Source: Octopus vulgaris
Taxonomy: Eukaryota
DNA: 64,000 nt
NCBI GenBank assembly: GCA_951406725.2
Contig: OX597824.1
Coordinates: 86,738,001 to 86,802,000 of the forward strand
Direction of reading: 5' to 3'
Shown: one piece after another, positions 24,301 through 36,371 of the stretch
Layout of the letters: the number at the start of each line of letters is the position of its first letter
Position numbering within the stretch: position 1 is the stretch's first letter
Made by a program: the position numbers and the translations under genes
The notes under the pieces: model-generated
Database searches by the model: none
Seen by the model: the letters and a program-made list of their open reading frames with translations, nothing else
What the model was told of the DNA's origin: nothing

Positions 24301-25774
24301 TTCTGTAGTTGTTATTGTTGTATGACTACCTTTAATCAACAGTGATTGAGCTGACCAGAGGCAGGTAAGTTGTCTGTTGCACAAATGGGAGTGACTTGCA
24401 GCTGTTGTGCCAGTCCCACAAGCAGACAAATGCATTAGGAGTGGATTGTGTAGACAGAAATTAAAAGAATCTTGTTAATGTGTGTGAGATCTAGTCACCT
24501 TGACTTAAATCCATGTGACAGTTGTAAACAGATGTCACCTATTTCTTTACTACCCACAAGGAGCTAAACACAGAGAAGACAAACAAGGACAGACACACAG
24601 ATTAAGTCGAGTATATCGACCCCAATGTGTAACTGGTACTTATTTAATCGACCCGGAAAGGATGAAAGGCAAAGTCGACCTCAGCGGAATTTGAACTCAG
24701 AACGTAACGCAAGACGAGATACGGCTACGCATTTCGCCCGGCATGCTAACAGTTCTGCCAGCTCGCCGCCTTTGTAAACAGATGTCACCATCATACAAGT
24801 AGTATGCTCCAATTGCAGTCTTCCAATCACTTCAGGCTTTCGGCAGGTGAAGAGAGAAGACTTCAAGTACAAGTGCTGTTCACAACTGGTTTATTTACAG
24901 GATTTACAGGATAGTGTAGTGTGCTGCCCTCAGCCACCATCTTTGGCTGTGTGTGTTGTGTACGTAGTTCCGTTAGTGCGGGTGCATTGCCTCTGGAGAT
25001 AGACAGGTGCAGCCAGTGGTGGTGTTCACAAAGTGGTGCCAAAAAAGAGAGAGATTTGAATCAGGTTTTCCCCCGGGCAAAGTGCTAAGCCGTATTTCGT
25101 CTGCCGTTACGTTCTGGGTTCAAATTCTGCCGAGGTCGACTTTGCCTTTCATCCTTTCGGGGTCGATAAATTAAGTACCAGTTATGCACTGGGGTAGATA
25201 TACCCGACTTAATCCGTTTGTCTGTCCTTGTTTGTCCCCTCTGTGTTTAGCCCCTTGTGGGTAGTAAAGAAATAGGTATTTAGTCTGCCATTACGTTCTG
25301 AGTTCAAACTCTGCTGAAGTCGACTTTGCCTTTCATCCTTCCGGGGTCGATAAATTAAGTACCAGTTATGCACTGGGGTCGATGTAATCGACTTAATCCC
25401 TTTGTCTGTCCTTGCTTGTCCCCTCTATGTTTAGCCCCTTATGGACAATAAAGAATTAAGAAACTGTGTGGAAGCCTATCATATATGTGTGTGTGTGCAA
25501 GTGTATTTGTTTCTGTTCCTCCTGCCCATCTCTTGACAACCAGTGTTGGTTTGTTTACGTCTCCATAACTTTACAATATGGGGAAAAGACTGATAGAATA
25601 AGTACCAGGCACAAAAAAAAATAAATAAGTATGTAGGTTGATTTGTTCAACTCTATCCTTGAGGGTGGTGCCCCAGCATGGCCAGAGTTCAATGACTCAC
25701 TCAAGTAAAAGATGAAAGGTATGCCTTTCATAAAAAAAAAACAATTAGAAAATACCATCGTTTAAAAAAAAGTA

Positions 25775-26320
25775 TTTTATTGACAGAATAAAAAGTCGAT
25801 TGGAATTTCTAAAATAATTGATTTTGAATTTTTGCATTGGAACATAGCAAATTTAAGTTACTGAATCCGATTTTGAATTCCATCATAACAATACAGACAT
25901 GATATGCAACGATATAGATATGATATAAGAACCATAAAAAAAAAATGGATTTTATTGGCAGAATAAAAAGTCGATTGAAATTTCTAAGGTAGTACTATTT
26001 AAGAAGAGTGGTCCCGGTGCGCGCACTCGCGCATCCGCGATAGCTAGTCGATCTTTACTTTGTGTTTTTGTGTTTTATTTACTTTGTGTAAAAAAATTAT
26101 TAATTTTGTATTTTATTTACTTTGCTAGGTAGTCACGACTAGCTAGCGCGATTGCGCGCGCACCGGGACCACTCTTCTTAAATAGTACCTTCTAAGCTAA
26201 TTGATTTTGTATTTTTGCACTGGAACATTGTAAATTTAAGTTACTGAATCCGATTTTGAATTCCATCTTACCAATACAGACATGATTATGCAACGATATA
26301 GATATGATATAAAAACCATA
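25775..26320. repeat. ~180-bp tandem duplication whose second unit carries a MITE
   Basis: cagaataaaaagtcgatt…gatatagatatgatata occurs twice. Confidence 0.8.
25991..26189. mobile_element. Complete ~200-bp MITE (Merlin-like)
   Basis: ~33-bp TIRs with TSD ttctaaggt/ttctaagct; the empty site is visible in the tandem copy at ~25806. Confidence 0.85.
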
Positions 26321-27365
26321 TAGACACGATATTTTTTTAATGAAGATTTGTATAAATAATTTTCAGATGCTGTAAATTACGATTATATCGGAATTTAACA
26401 TAAAAAAAGAAAATGCTGTGACGAACACATACGTACAGGAGAAAGTTATGTGGAAACAAAGTCGATGGGGCGAGGTACATTTGTGTAGGTACGCCTGGAA
26501 ACTGTTGAACCTCACTTAAAGAAAGTCCTGTGAGAAAGTTTTGAAAATGATGTTCATTAAACCATATATTTGTGTTACAATTTGTAATCAGTGATCTTCT
26601 TACGCTGACCCTAATTAAATAATTAGGGAATCCTGGATTTAAAATCCAACACGAAAACTTTTCAAAACAAATACTTGACGGTCACATTTAGTTTTGCCTT
26701 TTCTTCATGCGGCAGAATTTAACTGCATATAATACAATTACTGAAAAACTTATTATTGGTAAAGAGTGATTAGGATTAGGTTTTTTGGTCTCGGCAGAAA
26801 TGGTTTTCTTTATACTAATTAAAAAGAGAAAATTCCGATTTCTTAAAAACACGACGATACGAAAACAACCAGAAAGCTACAGATGTTGAGATTCTCAACA
26901 CATTCGCACGAACATTAATTACTTCCAACACGGACTGTCAAATATTTGGTTTGAAAAATGTTTTCATTCAAGCAGTAAAGCCAGTCCTCGATATTCCAAT
27001 ATCAATGATCATGATCGATATTAAACAAACAAATAAATACTTTCTTAATTGTCATGTAACATCAATAATTAATCTGCCGTCGATTTCATTCAGAAAACGA
27101 AACATACATTAAAATACAAGATACTTTCTTCGCTCCCTGCAACGGTTCGATTCTATAAAATAAACGATCCTTCACACCTTCCAACATCGAATCAGTATTT
27201 CTTTAAAACGAAACTCTCATAGAATTTCTTTAATTTTGCGACGAACAAGATTTTGTTACATTAATTGCATCCGAGAGTCTTTCTTCTTTCGTTATTATTA
27301 TTATATAATTATTCCACAGAAAAGAAGGGTAGCCTTATATTTATAATTTGGTGAGAGAACAATTT

Positions 27366-28313
27366 TCATTCGATTAATCCCGTAACTTTTTCGCTGAAGT
27401 TCCACAACTTTACAGCGAGTTGTTTATCCAGGGCTTGATTTGCCCATTCGTCTCTCTGGCATTCACTGTAGTAGCAACCAGATTGGTCTTTCGTCTCTTC
27501 ACTTACAGCACAATATACAACAGTTTGACAACCTTCTTGGCAATTCTTGAAAAGTAATTTGAAAGCAGAGACCTTTTGTATCAGAGGATATGAATTCAAA
27601 ATGTTCCTACTTATATCTGTGTTTACTATTCCTGGGTGAACATAGTATATGTTGATATTAGTGTCTGACATTCGATTGCTAAATTCACGGCAAAATAAAG
27701 CACATGCTAACTTACTGTCACAGTAGGCACCGTGTTGATGGAAAAACTCCGGTTTATTCATGTTGTCAAAATCGATTTTCCCGTATTTGTAAATCCCACT
27801 CCCGACAAAAACGACGCGGGGTGAATCAGACTTCTTTAATAACTCCAGTAGAAGATGTGTCAAAAGGAAGGGACCAAAATAATTGACGCCCATATGCATT
27901 TCCAGGCCATCTTCTGTCTCAGCATACGGGTGGAAATAAACACCCGCATTGTTTATAAGGATATCCAAAGAGGTGATATGTTGCTTAATATTCTTGCAGA
28001 ATGTCCGAATGGAATCGAAGCTTGAGAGATCAAGTTTTTCAACAAGTACAACACCTGAACCTAATTCGCTTAATTGTTCTGCAGCCGATGTCGCCTTATT
28101 TAAGTCCCGACATGCGAGGATCACTCGGGCCCCTCGTAGTAATAAATTACGGGCTGTTTCGAATCCGATTCCACAGTTACCTCCAGTAATAATAACTGTT
28201 TTGCCTTCCAGTTTAACAGGGCTGGTACAGGTGGCTCCTTTCATATAATAGCGAATCGACAAAGGTAAAATGATTATTATGGGTACTACAACTGCCAAAA
28301 TTGTCAACAACAT
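27366..28313 (-). CDS. Retinol dehydrogenase 11/12/14-like SDR, copy 2 (intronless)
   Basis: 315-aa ORF with TGGNCGIG, NNAG, YCDSK and HPG; inverted paralog of 13698-14645. Confidence 0.95.
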   Translation of the reverse strand: MLLTILAVVVPIIIILPLSIRYYMKGATCTSPVKLEGKTVIITGGNCGIGFETARNLLLRGARVILACRDLNKATSAAEQLSELGSGVVLVEKLDLSSFDSIRTFCKNIKQHITSLDILINNAGVYFHPYAETEDGLEMHMGVNYFGPFLLTHLLLELLKKSDSPRVVFVGSGIYKYGKIDFDNMNKPEFFHQHGAYCDSKLACALFCREFSNRMSDTNINIYYVHPGIVNTDISRNILNSYPLIQKVSAFKLLFKNCQEGCQTVVYCAVSEETKDQSGCYYSECQRDEWANQALDKQLAVKLWNFSEKVTGLIE

Positions 28314-29674
28314 CTTTAATATACTGAGATTTCGACAGAAACCAGGATTAACACAGCTTTTTCACAGCACAGCTTTCACAGTTCTGACGTTTATTGTACA
28401 AAGGTGCGTCAGAACTACATATCATCCCACAACATGTAATTCGACAAGGTCGGCGCATCGTAAGCTCACGTGCCTAATGATTAAGTTCATCTTTATAACG
28501 AACAAGACAAATTATATTTTCATTTCTATTTTTCTGAGTCACGGCTGGTAAGACAAGCATTTCTTTTCAGCAGCCTGAGCATAAAAACTGGAGGCGATGT
28601 TTGAGTTTAACGTACCATTTCAGTTTCTTGTAAGCTCTCTTGACAGCAGTCGGAGATTTTTTTTAAGGTGTCCTGCGGCCCGCTTTTTTGTGATTAGGGA
28701 CAATTCAAGTTTGTTGTCGTTGTTATTATTTAACATGAGAAAGTTTACCTGTATTAGAATAAAATTGTTTATCTTTCGTTATATGTACCCCATGTTTTGT
28801 GTTATTATATCCCCTCTCTATTCAGGCTTTATGCCTATATAATAAAGATTTCTAGAATAAAATTATGTTGCTCTTCATCATTATCATCATCATTTTACGT
28901 CTGCTTTTCATACTTGCGTGGCTTGTTGAAATATTCTATATCTAATAATCCTGTTATTAGGGTGTCGCTTAAAAAAAAGTATTTCGGTTATAGATGGATG
29001 AATGCAGAACAGCAAAAACTAAGATAAATGACCGATCTATTTATATAACTAGGTATTTTAATTTAAAAAAATATAACTTGAAAATACAAAATATACTTGT
29101 AAAACTGGGATAATGAAATGAAGTTTTAAAATCTTATAAACCTTCGAGACACCATGAAACAATACTTTTTTAGACTAAGGGATCTTGAAGCACATAAAAC
29201 TATAAATAATAGCATGTAAATAAATATTGGGTTGGGAAACCTTCGAGGATAGAAAAAAAAGTCAAAGGCTGCTTATGCTTTAATTTATAGCTTTATGTGC
29301 TTCGAGATTCACTATTCCAAAAAGGAATTATTTCACATTTTCTTGAGAGTTTATAGTATTCTTATGATATCAAAAACATAGAATTCTTGCTGCTAAGAAT
29401 GAAGTTTCTAAAATAAATCAGGAAATTAAAATGATTGCTTTAGTCCAATGGTAGAACATCTGGTATTCCTACAAGAGATGAGAGTTCATATGCATCCTTT
29501 GAAATATTTTTTCCCCCTTTTCCAAATGGGAGTTTTTCAAACCAGTTCTTACATGCTATCATTGTAACGCTTTATCTGCTTCAAGTTCTGCTATTCTAAA
29601 AAAATTTTTTAAAGTTATCTTTGCTTTAATGACTTTTTTTGTTATCAAGTTCAAGAAGGCAGCTGTTTATGAAA

Positions 29675-30066
29675 TCTCTATATATAAAGCTGAAGTTGTC
29701 TGTGTATGGCAGGTTTGGTAGCCTTCAACTAACACTATCTCCTCTGAGACCCTGCGGTGCAAGTTGAACCAAAATTGAGTGTATGATAGAAGAAGGTTTG
29801 CTCTTCATTCCGTAGAAGAAAAAATTCAAATCGGACCATGTTAACACCAAAAATTATTTACATCAAAAAAGTGCTTTTTTTTCTATGGAAATCCCTATTT
29901 TTTACGATTTTTTGACTGCTGTGTCACCATTTTTCGGTGTATTTCAACCAGAAAAATGTTCACTTATAGAGAATAACAAGCTACATAATGCAAAATTTTT
30001 ACTTTTCAAAAATTCCAATTCTAAAGGATTGAAACAAACCCGAGCAACACCGGGCGATACTGCTAG
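29675..30066 (+). mobile_element. Non-autonomous Helitron
   Basis: A|TC start, subterminal hairpin CCCGAGCAACACCGGG, CTAG|T end. Second copy at 35979-36371. Confidence 0.85.
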
Positions 30067-31033
30067 TGAATATAATATTGATATTTCAATGCTCTGCAAG
30101 CAGCACTTGTGCCATTACCCGTTCCATTAGTCCCATTCATTTTTGTATTATTTAGTGCTGAAAACAATGTTTTATGCAAACATCCTTTCTACCATAAGCA
30201 TAAGACTTGAAATTCGGGAAGAGGGATGTTAGTTGATTACATTGACTAGTACTTATGTCATCATCATCATCATCATCGTTTAACGTCCGCTTTCCATGCT
30301 GTCATGGGTTGGACGATTTGACTGAGGACTGGCAAACCAGCTGGCTGCACCAGGCTCCAATCTTGATCTGGCAGAGTTTCTACAGCTGGATGCCCTTCCT
30401 AATGCCAACCACTCCAAGAGTGTAGTGGGTACTTTTACGTGCCAGTCAGGCAGTACTGGCAACGGCCACAAAAAAATCGTTTTTTTTTAAAATTTTTTTT
30501 TTTTGCCAAGAATACAAAACTTAAACATTTTGTCAAACACATTCCATAGCATCATGTAATGTAGGATTTTACAAAAAAGAAAAAAGAATAAAAAAAAAAT
30601 GAAACCAAACATAAAAATACTCACAATTCAAAACTATTTAATAACCAAATTTCTTTCACTGGTTGAAGAACTTCTATGAAAGTGGATTGTTTATCAAAGT
30701 TTTGAGATTGATTGCTAATAAGAATTATCAGCCCAAAAAGGACGAGAATTTAGTAAAATAACTTAGTTATCATTAAGCTAGTGTTAGGAACATAAATTGT
30801 GACTAAGGTTTGGTGGAAGATTTTAATTCAAAACTTATGAAAACAAGAGATTTGTACTCAGAGCCAGAGCTGGTTTCAGCCGGGTTGGTAACAAAAGGGT
30901 TAAACGTACCTCTACATTCGGGTAGATGCACATTAGAAGCAATTGGAAGGGTGTGGATTGAAGGAAATTTAGCCTATTATTTCTAGCATATAGAGTGACC
31001 ACATTGAGGTCTCCTCATATCTTCTGCTGATTC

Positions 31034-31260
31034 TTAACCCTTTTGTTACCATATTTCTGTTGAGATGCTCTGTGTTTCTTTCAATTACTTTAAATATAAC
31101 AAAGAATTTAGTAAAATAACTTAGTTATCATTCAGCTAGTGTTAGGAACATAAATTGTGACTAAGGTTTGGTGGAAGATTTTTATTCAAAATTTATGTAA
31201 ACAAGACATTTGTACTCAGAGCCAAAGCTGGATTCAGCCAGGTTGGTATCAAAAGGGTTA
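31034..31260. mobile_element. piggyBac-type MITE
   Basis: TTAA-CCCTTT…AAAGGG-TTAA. Copies at ~30745-30903, 36943-37172, 37220-37448, 37552-37780, 39184-39413, 47412-47630 and 61405-61647. Confidence 0.85.
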
Positions 31261-31510
31261 ATATTAAGTTTATTCAGGGGCAGTGAAAATTCCATACAAA
31301 AACATAAGTTGTATGGATTAATCAAAATCAACAGTTGAAAAAAAAATAATGGCTCCATCCTAAAACCCATTCAAGTACGTGGTTTCTACTTAATCATTAT
31401 AGATTATTTTGTATGATTTCAGTTAGAGAAAACTATTCTTAATTCACTGTGACACACCATTCCTGCTTTTCTTTCTCTCTCATACACTTCATGACACTAC
31501 TCAGTTAAAA

Positions 31511-32169
31511 CAGTGGTTCCCAAACTTTATCTGGCTGCCGCCTCCTTGATACTCAGGCCACATTCCTAGCACGCCCATCCCAACTAACCATCACAAGCAT
31601 AAACCTTTTTCTGAAGCAAATTCAAAGCAACTGTATTTCACAAATGAAGCTTAACCTAAGGAATGGCTGTGTGGTAAGTAGCTTGCTTACCAACCACATG
31701 GTTCTGGGTTCAGTCCCACAACGTGGTACCTTGGGCAAGTGTCTTCTACTTTAGCCTCGGGCTGACCAAAGCCTTGTGAAAGAAGCCCGTTGTATGTATG
31801 TGTATATATATATATATGTATATGTGTGTGTGTGTATGTGTATATGGTTGTGTGTCTGTGTTTGTCCCCCAACATCCCTGTAACTTAGCAGTTCGGCAAA
31901 AGAGACCGCTCGAATAAGTACTTGGTTTACAAAGAATAAGTCCTGGGGTCTTTAAGTAAAGGTGGTGCTTCAGCATGGCCACAGTTAAATGACTGAAACA
32001 AATAAAAGAGAACCCATTATTTTGTTGTTTTTACATGAATCGCTACCCCATTATCACCCCACATTTTACATGAATCATAACCCTATTATTGCCCCACTTT
32101 TCTTCAACACCCCCTAGGAACTTTCTACTGCTCCCAGTCGGGCAATACCACCCTCTTTGGGAATCACTA
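31511..32169. mobile_element. hAT-type MITE with nested SINE
   Basis: TIRs CAGTGGTTCCCAAA…TTTGGGAATCACTA and 8-bp TSD AGTTAAAA. Confidence 0.8.
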
Positions 32170-32987
32170 AGTTAAAAGATTTCTCCAAATTTTGTTTAAC
32201 CCAGCATCTGCCAAATTATGTTGATAACACTATACTTTCGTATTTCGTTTTGGGATTTTGTTTGCAAGATTCTTTATATGAGTTCGTGTGTTGAAGCATA
32301 TTCTGTTGTGTCTGGGAAGAGTCATTTTCTTTTTGTGCCTTATAATTTAACACCCTCACCGGTAAAATTTCCACTTATTTCTTATTTTTATTTTCCTAAA
32401 ATTTTCGTTGTGTTTGTTTAAGTTTCAAATTTAGTTAATGGAGTTTCTTCTATAAGAACAATCATTCCTTTTTTTTTTACATTAGGACAAAATTTATACC
32501 ATTCAATCTCAACCGAAGCAAGGCTTTATGACTTCACTACCTTCTCCTGGTCAAAAAAAAATGTGGAGGGGGTCCCTAATAAACCAAAAATATTGTTTAA
32601 TTCTATTTAAGAAATATTGTTTAATTCGATTATTTATACAACTATTATTGTTATTATTGTTGACCTGAGGAGTGACTATACTTTTAAATTGAATTGTTTT
32701 TCAATTAAATTTAAATTTAATTGTAATTCGGATTTAAATTATCGCCATGAAATGTACGTAGTCTTTTTACTTATTATATATTGTTTTTTCATTTTTGTAC
32801 TTTTTGTGATCTAGTTATTTGTTTTAAAATATATTTTATTTTTTATTTATGATTTGGTTTATGTCTATCATTGTTTTAATTACATGATAGTGGTTTTCCT
32901 CTAATTTATATATTTTATATATTTATATTGTGAAATTTGATTTAATACTAAATTGAATTTTTCCCTGTAAGTTTGGAGTTATACTCC

Positions 32988-33067
<80 letters not shown>

Positions 33068-33098
33068 CAAAATAAGCAACAAGGATATCCAGAGGTAA

Positions 33099-33185
33099 TG
33101 CAGTACGATTGTTTCATGCAACTCCATTTAATTGAACAATGCAATCATTACATCAATTTAAGATGCAGGGCAATCTTCAGCTGCA
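33099..33185 (-). ncRNA. Type I hammerhead ribozyme motif in a Penelope-like repeat
   Basis: Minus strand reads UGCAG-CUGAAGA-[long stem II]-GAAA-CAAUCG-UA-CUGCA. A degenerate homolog lies at 18935-19022. Confidence 0.7.
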
Positions 33186-35105
33186 CAAAAACATAGAATT
33201 TAATTAAATTAAATTAGGTGGACACATTAGTATAATTATACCTAAAATCTCCAAGAAGTTAAGGAGATAGACAAAGAACATGCTGCCTTCACTCCAGCAT
33301 AGAAGTTACTAAGGTATCAAGAAGACATACATTGTTTCAGACTATTGATTCTGCCTGTCACTGATTTTTTGTTTTTATGGGGTCAGTTTTTAATTTATAG
33401 ACTAGTTTATCAAATCCCTTGTATATCTAAGGCTGAGAGAACAGAGGGCAGTATCTGTTAGGGGTAGGGCTGAGGGAGCAGACAGACATAATTGGTATAG
33501 TCATAAAATCAAGATTTATTAGAAGCAATATCATGAGGTTTGGTAAAGGAAGACTTAAAACAAGATGTTAGCTGACAATTAAGGGGTTCGCCTACTAGCA
33601 GACCATTGATAATGAAACAGGGGAAGTCTTATCATGTAGTACTATAGTTAAAATACTTTAAACAATGCTGCTATATTGTATACAGTTAAAGCTTAGGGTT
33701 ATTCAGAGGATTATTAAGAAGAATATTATAACAAAAGGATAGGAATTTATGAATACTTTTGAGTATATACCAAACTTTTACCACAATAGAAGGAGGAAAA
33801 GAAATTATCCAGAAATAGTTTAATATTTATACGAATTATATACTTAAATACTAACTCATCAGATGGTATCTGGGAATATTGATTAGTTGGTATATACAGG
33901 TATTAATAAAGGAGTATTGAGGTAAAAGAACATGCTAATTATATATTAATAAAATTATAATCTAAGCAGTTTTTTTATTATAAGTAGTGAAGATACCAGT
34001 ATAGTTTTATATAAGTTAAGTATGAACTTATAGAGATACAAAAATTAGATTAATTTTATAAATAAATAAAGGCTAATTATAAAATAATCAAGTAGGGCAG
34101 AACACCATAGAAAAGGAAATAAAATAGCTTAATCACTAAAACCATGATAAAGTATATGTAGCTTATTAACACCAATAGAGAAAATTTTTAGAAAAAGTAT
34201 AATAATTCAAAATAGATTAGACTAAAAATTACATATTTACTTATTTAGCTAATATCAATAAAAGACTGATGTCTGGTATCAGCTAAAGGAATATTTCAGT
34301 TATGAGACATTCATATTTTACACTAATTTTTTTAACACTAAGGGTTATATTATAGGTTTAAGAAGTTATTATTGTTACTCCCTACACTTGTTTTAACTTT
34401 ATACAACTTTATACAATAAGACAATATTGTTTGAAATGATCTTTAGAAATTACTTGATTTATCCCTTTCTTAAATGGCTCTACCCTCCTCATCTTAGTAT
34501 ACACACACAAACAAACACACACATACAGGTGTAGCTTTTATCTATTTTTTAAAGGTCAACCTTTGGTCACGTGTTTAGAGATAAGTACATGTATTAATGT
34601 AGATTAACAATCTAACATGCTGCAAAGTAATATATTACGGACTTTTACTTCAAGAAACTGTTGCACAAGATCTCAATGGTATTTTAATATTTTTCTAGCT
34701 TTCCACTGTGTTTTCTTACTTCCACATAATTACTCCCATTTCAGAACATTTGACTGTACTTCTCTAAACCTGAAAGCTAATATGTCCGTTTCTAGTATCG
34801 TTGAGTTGTCTTCTACTTTCTTATTTATCTAATTTGTTACAAAGTGGGTCAGAAAATCTTCCATGTTCTCTCTCTCTCTCTCCTTCTTTCTCTAAGCATG
34901 TCAGTTCTTCGGTGTATCTTTGTATACGATCCAATTCTAATTTCCCAGCACCTGACTCCTAAAGATCTCATACCAGTTCCTTTGGAATATGTCTCAGGCT
35001 TACGTTCTACTAGACACAATGTCAGTTATGAAAAGTAGACTTTTAGGAAGAATCTGTTTACAAAAATTTGTCCTCTAGACTTTGTGTTATATGTAATATA
35101 TATAA

Positions 35106-35401
35106 ACAATTGCAGCGTGGAAGGTGTTTATAAGCCATTTAAGAAACACCCAAAACCGTTAGATTCACTTCAACATTTAAATTTAATTTGTCAGTGCTGC
35201 AGCACAAAGTTTTGTCAGTGAACAAGTCGCGGTCTTAAAGCGCCGAAAATATTTTGACGAATTAAATTTAAATGTTGAAGTGAATCGAACGGTTTTGTGT
35301 GTTTCTTAAATGGCTTACAAACACTTTCCATGCTGCAATTGTTTTCGTTCCAGCACACGATCTCAGATCAAGTCACTTGCTATGCAAGTACATCTCCGTA
35401 A
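35106..35401. mobile_element. Penelope-like fold-back fragment
   Basis: ~90-bp inverted arms around a hammerhead-like centre; second copy at ~62329-62626. Confidence 0.65.
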
Positions 35402-35569
35402 TATATATATATATATTTAGCAAAACACCTTGAGCAAATACCTTGGGTTGATACAATGCCTTGTGGGCGAAAATTGATAGATGGAAATTGTCCAGAAGCC
35501 TGTTGTGTGTGTATGCATATGTATGTATATGTGTGTGTGTTTGTATGTATATATGTATGTATGTATGTA

Positions 35570-35847
35570 TGGCCACTGGTGGTGGTTGTGTTACACACCA
35601 TACTAATCATATCTGTCGGGCATGTGGAAGAGAGTGTAATTCGGCTGGAAGACTTAAACGACATGCAAAGATACATGAAGCCCAGTTACAACTACAGCAG
35701 GCTATTACCGGTAAAGGTTTTAGTTGCCAAATCTGTACAAGACATTGTAGATCTTTAGCTGGGCTAAAAAGTCACGTTCGATCACAGCACCAGTAACAGT
35801 TAAGCTTCGTGCAATGGCCATACTTGATAACGAGGGGCAGCCATCAT
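35570..35847 (+). mobile_element. RTE-type LINE 3' end encoding two C2H2-like fingers
   Basis: CRACGRECNSAGRLKRHAKIH and CQICTRHCRSLAGLKSHVRSQH*, then a short 3'UTR ending CGAGGGGCAGCCATCAT; embedded in (TATG)n. Confidence 0.7.
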
Positions 35848-35978
35848 GTATGTATGTATGTGTGTGTGTGTGTATACATGTGTGTGTGTGTGTGCATGAG
35901 TCTATCTTCACATACATGCCTATATTGTTCTAGAAACTAGTGTCATCACCAATGTTGCATTCATTTTTAGACTATAAA

Positions 35979-36371
35979 TCTCTCTATATATAAAGCTGAA
36001 GTTGTCTGTGTGTATAGCAGGTTTGGCAGCCTTCAACTAACACTATCTCCTCTGAGACCCTACGGCGCAAGTTGACCAAAATTGAGAGTATGATAGAAGA
36101 AGGCTTGCTCTTCCTTCAGTAGAAGATAAAATTCAAATCAGACCATGTTAACACCAAAAATTATTTACATCAAAAAGGTGCTTTTTTTCTATGAAAATCC
36201 CTATTTTTACGATTTTTTGACTGCTGTGTCGCCATTTTTCGGTGTATTTCAACCAGAAAAATGTTCACTTAAAGAGAATAACAAGCTACATGATGCAAAA
36301 TTTTTACTGTTCAAAAATTCCAATTCTAAAGGGTTGAAACAAACCCGAGCAACGCCAGGCTATACTGCTAG
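35979..36371 (+). mobile_element. Non-autonomous Helitron, copy 2
   Basis: Same sequence and termini as 29675-30066. Confidence 0.85.

Noticed and set aside
35461-35796. C2H2 zinc-finger gene of the cephalopod expansion
   Set aside because: No TGEKP linkers or splice context; ends in an RTE-type 3'UTR within a microsatellite.
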